DNA of 22,983 nucleotides from Perkinsus olseni (Eukaryota): NCBI GenBank assembly GCA_013115125.1, contig JABANN010000063.1, positions 62,001 to 84,983 of the forward strand, read 5' to 3'. Shown piece by piece: positions 19,513 to 22,983 of this stretch (position 1 is its first letter; each line of letters starts with the position of its first letter). The notes under the pieces were generated by a model. It saw only the letters and a program-made list of their open reading frames with translations, ran no database searches and was not told where the DNA came from. The position numbers and the translations under genes were made by a program.

Positions 19513-21917
19513 TCACCTCCTGTGCGTCTCGATGGTCGGTTTGAGCGGCTTGTTGTTAACGGGGACTTCTTTTCCGAGATGTTTCAAACGCTCAGCGTAC
19601 ATCTCGCGCCTCGATGCTTCCAGCTCGACTTCGGACACCAACCGCCAGTCCCGGTCAGGCGACCAGTCTTCAGGGAGATGCTCAGGCTTCATGAAGGAGA
19701 CGAAGTCCTTACGCCAGGCTTCGACCTGAAGCGAATCTTGCGCTCTCGTGGCGATACAATAGAACTGCCTTCCCTTCCCTACTTACAACCTCGAATTTTT
19801 TACCCTCGCTGAGTGCCGAAGTGCTCGACTGTCACAACTTTTCACGGCAATTTTGACAGAAAAAATCCAAGTTGAAAAGTCGGGAACGACGCGAGGACAC
19901 AACGTGTCGCCATCAATATTTCTAACCTTCACCGCGGGAATCCAAACACCAAGCCACTCCGCAGGAGACTAATGACGAGCTCGACACAGCCCCTCGGAAG
20001 ACTTACAAATTCGGGCCATTTGTCCGCTAACTTCCTCACCACTACTTCACCATGTGACGCAAAGGTTGAGTCAGTGTTGCCCTGCTTCCCCGCATACTCG
20101 CCGTCGCCGTCACTCGACTCGCTATGCTCCTCCGTCAACTCAAAGGCCTCGTTCGGGTCGTCGTAAATCCCAACATCATGCAGGGCCTGCCAAAACTCTT
20201 GGCGCTTCTCTTCGGGCATCCGTGGCCCATCCTTAGACAGCAAAATTCGTGCCGCTCGTCTGGCCTTGTAGTAGCTCGTATTCCGGCACCCCACACCCTG
20301 AACTGGTGCGTCGAACTCGGTAGCGTACTTCTCTCGAAGTCGATCGGCGTGCACGTTCGCCTTCACCTTACAGTTGGCACACATGAGAACGATGTCGTAG
20401 GGGCAGTGTGACTTGTACTCCGGCGGGAGGTGCTTCCGGTAGCAGTTGGGCACGATGAAATGCCGAGAGATGAACTGGTCCGATCCGCAAACGACACAGA
20501 TGTTCTCCCGTCTGTTAAGATACACCGAATTTCCAGCATGGCCCGGCCCCTTCGGGTAGAACTTCAGTCGGATCCTGCCAGCTTCAACCTCGGTCGCCAA
20601 GTTCTTGCGGACGTACCAGTTGCTTTTCTGTTTCGAAATTCTACACATGAGTAGACCGGTGGGGTCCTCCAGCGCCACATTACCGTAAACCGGCTGCTTC
20701 ACGTGCCACGACCGACCCCCTCGACGCTCACGAGGAACACTGGGTGGGTGATTCTGTTTCATCGAGTGACCAATCGTCTTGCCGGATACCGAATTGTGAA
20801 GAGCCAACGGTAGGGTCTCGCTGCCTTGGACGTTGGACTGCATCGCCTTGATAAGCGGCAGCAGTACTTTCGCGTCCCCTATGGCGTAGCGGAGCATCTC
20901 CTCCGTGAGGGGCCTCCGAGACCAATCAGCAGTCTGAAGTGTCTTGTCCATATGGATGCCAAGGTACCTACATCGAGGATGATACCACACTCTCCGCAAT
21001 TCCTCAGAAATAGAATAGAGGTGTTTCTTCTTAGGGAATGCGTTGAGCGGAAGCCTTCCGCCGGAAGGCATACGAACCTTCCGAATGCACGGCTACATGA
21101 TGATGCAATGACGCTGGAGAAGAGAAGTTTGGTGATATCCCCAAAGCCCGAAGAGACTACGCAACGATTACCCAGATACCAACTTCCACACCCTCCCAGG
21201 TACTACGCTTCTGCCAGCTTTGCCAGTCCCAGTCGGGACTGTCCGAGACAACTGCCGAGCACTTGAGTGTCGAGCAGGTTATTCACCCTCTCCCGAATGG
21301 AGTCACACGCGTCGAAATTCCTAAAAAAGGAACGATGCTCCGACTACTCGGCAACAACAGTGTTATCAAACTCCAGTCCAGCTCAAGACGTCCTCAAGTT
21401 CTTCCTAAAAGTGATCAAAACTGATGGCTGGCCCGCCACGAAAAAGGCCTTCACCAGTCAGCACCGTAGTAGTGCGTATTGAAACACAGCAATAGATGTG
21501 GATATGCCCTCAGACTCCGGTAGAGTGCGGGAGAGATAGATATGCTACCGATCCATGCTCCACACCACTGTTCTCTCAAGGTCGGCAAAATGAAGCTTCA
21601 TAGGCCGGATATTTCTCACATGAACCGTCTCAAAAGTTTTTAATCAAACAGACAGGCGACCAGTCAAACCATTACCACTGATACGCTCTCGCGATTAAGC
21701 AAGACTCCACTATCGCGCGGCGCCGGGAAATTCTGTAGGCTCATCGCAGACTGACCCTAACGTTACACCAATCCCTCTCCAGAACCCCCACACAGTAGTA
21801 CAGCTCGAAGTGTCGTAGGTCGTTCGTAGCCGAGTGCAGTATTTTGAGCGCATTGAAAGATACGAAAAGCTCCTCCAACTCCGCCCCGAGATACTCCTTG
21901 TCATCAAACGTTTGGGC
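19513..21917 (-). CDS. EXD2: EXD2-like 3'-5' exonuclease with C-terminal HNH-like Zn-binding domain (5'-partial)
   Basis: Exons: 21917-21802 (LEELF…LKILHSATNDL, ExoII), 21320-21207 (NNLLDTQV…GLAKLAEA), 20967-20007 (YLGIHMDKTLQTADWSRRPLTEEMLRYAIGDA, ExoIII; VYGNVALEDPTG…WY…ENICVVCG…VPNCYRKHLP…DIVLMCANC…HGEVVV) and 19725-19513 (VEAWRKDFVSFMKPEHLPEDWS…*). All junctions are GT-AG and in phase. The ExoI exon was not found in the window. Confidence 0.85.
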
Positions 21918-22077
21918 CTGAGACCAGGCGGCAGGGCGATCATCAGGTTGGGTCAACCTCAAACTCTCACTGAAGATCTCTACGTTACAAACATTTTTTG
22001 TGTTTACTATAAACTTCATGGTCGGGCGAATGGTCATAGTAAAAGCCTTCTATTAGTACTACCGTGAGTAGGCAACA

Positions 22078-22200
22078 TGTTGTGGAGGCGGTTCCCACTT
22101 TCGTCTGAGCTTGAAAATTTTTATTTTCCCAAATGATCTCATCTGAGGACTCAGTACGGATGCTTTTATCTGTTTTTATCGGATACTCTAATTTATAACA
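22078..22200 (-). mobile_element. Candidate short LTR (3' LTR of a minus-strand retroelement)
   Basis: A 123-nt segment has TGTT…AACA termini (minus strand TGTTATAAA…CCACAACA). An internal AATAAA (22125-22120) lies about 40 nt before its 3' end, and a G-rich GGGTGG lies immediately upstream at the PPT position. The partner LTR and pol are not visible. Confidence 0.3.
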
Positions 22201-22301
22201 CCACCCGACGCTAGTGTCGGATACTCGTGTCCCTATTTGTGTGCCTCCGTATCCCTTGGCTAAGCTATGGCTAGTAGTCTGCCCTACGTATTCTCACTAA
22301 T

Positions 22302-22983
22302 ATGTATGCTTCTATTCCCAAGTATTTCCCTTGTGTTATGCCAAGCTCAACCAGTAACACAGCTGACATGGTACCCGATGCTGGTATGAATGAGCTATTG
22401 TGGCGTATTTTATTGGGATGTCGTATGATCATTGTCCCCACGTGGAATGCGGATGCCTCCAAGGAGGAAGTTTTGACTCTCTTAATGGCCGGTGCAGAAT
22501 CTTACACGGCTGAAGGGGAGGACCAACCCTCGGAAGAGCTCTCGTACTCCGTGTCTTTCTTCTTTCGGTATCGACAGCTAGCCCAAGATTTTGGTAAGAA
22601 GCTCGCTGACATGATAGATGTATGGAGTCGAGCTCGTTCTCAGCCTGGTGTCGAGGCCTTGGAACTTTTTATCCGAGAAGAGTGGGGGAAGATCGACGAG
22701 CAGTTCACCTTCGAGGAAGATGAAGTCCAGATCCATGTTCGCTGTCTCATCGTTTGCCTCTGCGTTGCGGAAATTATCGCCGCTGCTCTACTTCTGGTAA
22801 TTGGCGACGAGAAGCACAATGGTCTGGAACCACTGCGTACTATGCTAACTGGTGTCTTCTTGGATGCTATTATTCCGGAGAAGCTTCTCCCGAAAGAGGC
22901 TCGCCGCGTTATGAGAACGTTGAGGCGGCAGGCGAACAAAGACCTCCTGGAGAGTGCCTATTCGCCTGTTGGAGTCCTTTGGC
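22302..22983 (+). CDS. Intronless ORF of unknown function, more than 225 codons, open at window end
   Basis: The frame is stop-free from ATG 22302 (alternatives 22338, 22368) to the edge: …MVPDAGMNELLWRILLGCRMIIVPTWNADASKEEVLTLLMAG…ALELFIREEWGKIDEQF…VRCLIVCLCVAEIIAAALLLVIG…SPVGVLW. It is absent from the ORF track, presumably because it lacks a stop. Confidence 0.65.
   Translation, partial: MYASIPKYFPCVMPSSTSNTADMVPDAGMNELLWRILLGCRMIIVPTWNADASKEEVLTLLMAGAESYTAEGEDQPSEELSYSVSFFFRYRQLAQDFGKKLADMIDVWSRARSQPGVEALELFIREEWGKIDEQFTFEEDEVQIHVRCLIVCLCVAEIIAAALLLVIGDEKHNGLEPLRTMLTGVFLDAIIPEKLLPKEARRVMRTLRRQANKDLLESAYSPVGVLW

Noticed and set aside
19376-19812. Plus-strand ORFs 19376..19729 and 19522..19812
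   Set aside because: They are antisense shadows of the EXD2-like last exon (19725-19513).
21546-21630. KLHFADLER as the missing ExoI (DxE) exon of the EXD2-like gene
   Set aside because: It lies downstream of the ExoII exon, inside the intron 21801..21321 whose removal gives a clean in-phase domain, so the motif order would be wrong.
22255-22276. Relic dinoflagellate/Perkinsus spliced leader (reverse complement)
   Set aside because: Only patchy similarity to CTTGAGCCAARATGGCTACGG. No convincing SL copy was seen anywhere in the window.

Overview
Compact, intron-rich eukaryotic DNA with many GT-AG introns, mostly 40-100 nt and some 200-600 nt. The style is consistent with a Perkinsus-like alveolate, but this is inference only. 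Most entries in the ORF track are exon fragments, intron read-throughs or antisense shadows. Manual splicing gives about 11 genes: an FBXO7-like F-box protein, several orphan and coiled-coil genes, a WCGPC thioredoxin with an apparent 1-nt frameshift, an EXD2-type 3'-5' exonuclease/HNH-like gene whose first exons are not visible, and a long intronless ORF running off the right edge. The standout is a split gene at about 17000-18538 that no single ORF reveals. It encodes a Hedgehog-type autoprocessing Hog module (Hint domain CFP...SAEH...GVYCPLTTSGTIIVDDVLCSCFA plus a sterol-recognition-like tail) fused to an unrecognised Cys-rich N-terminal domain, with altered catalytic residues. Non-coding highlights are two tRNA-like/B-box elements without an anticodon arm, intronic fold-back and palindrome clusters, a 24-nt tandem repeat, and a candidate LTR inside the EXD2-like gene.
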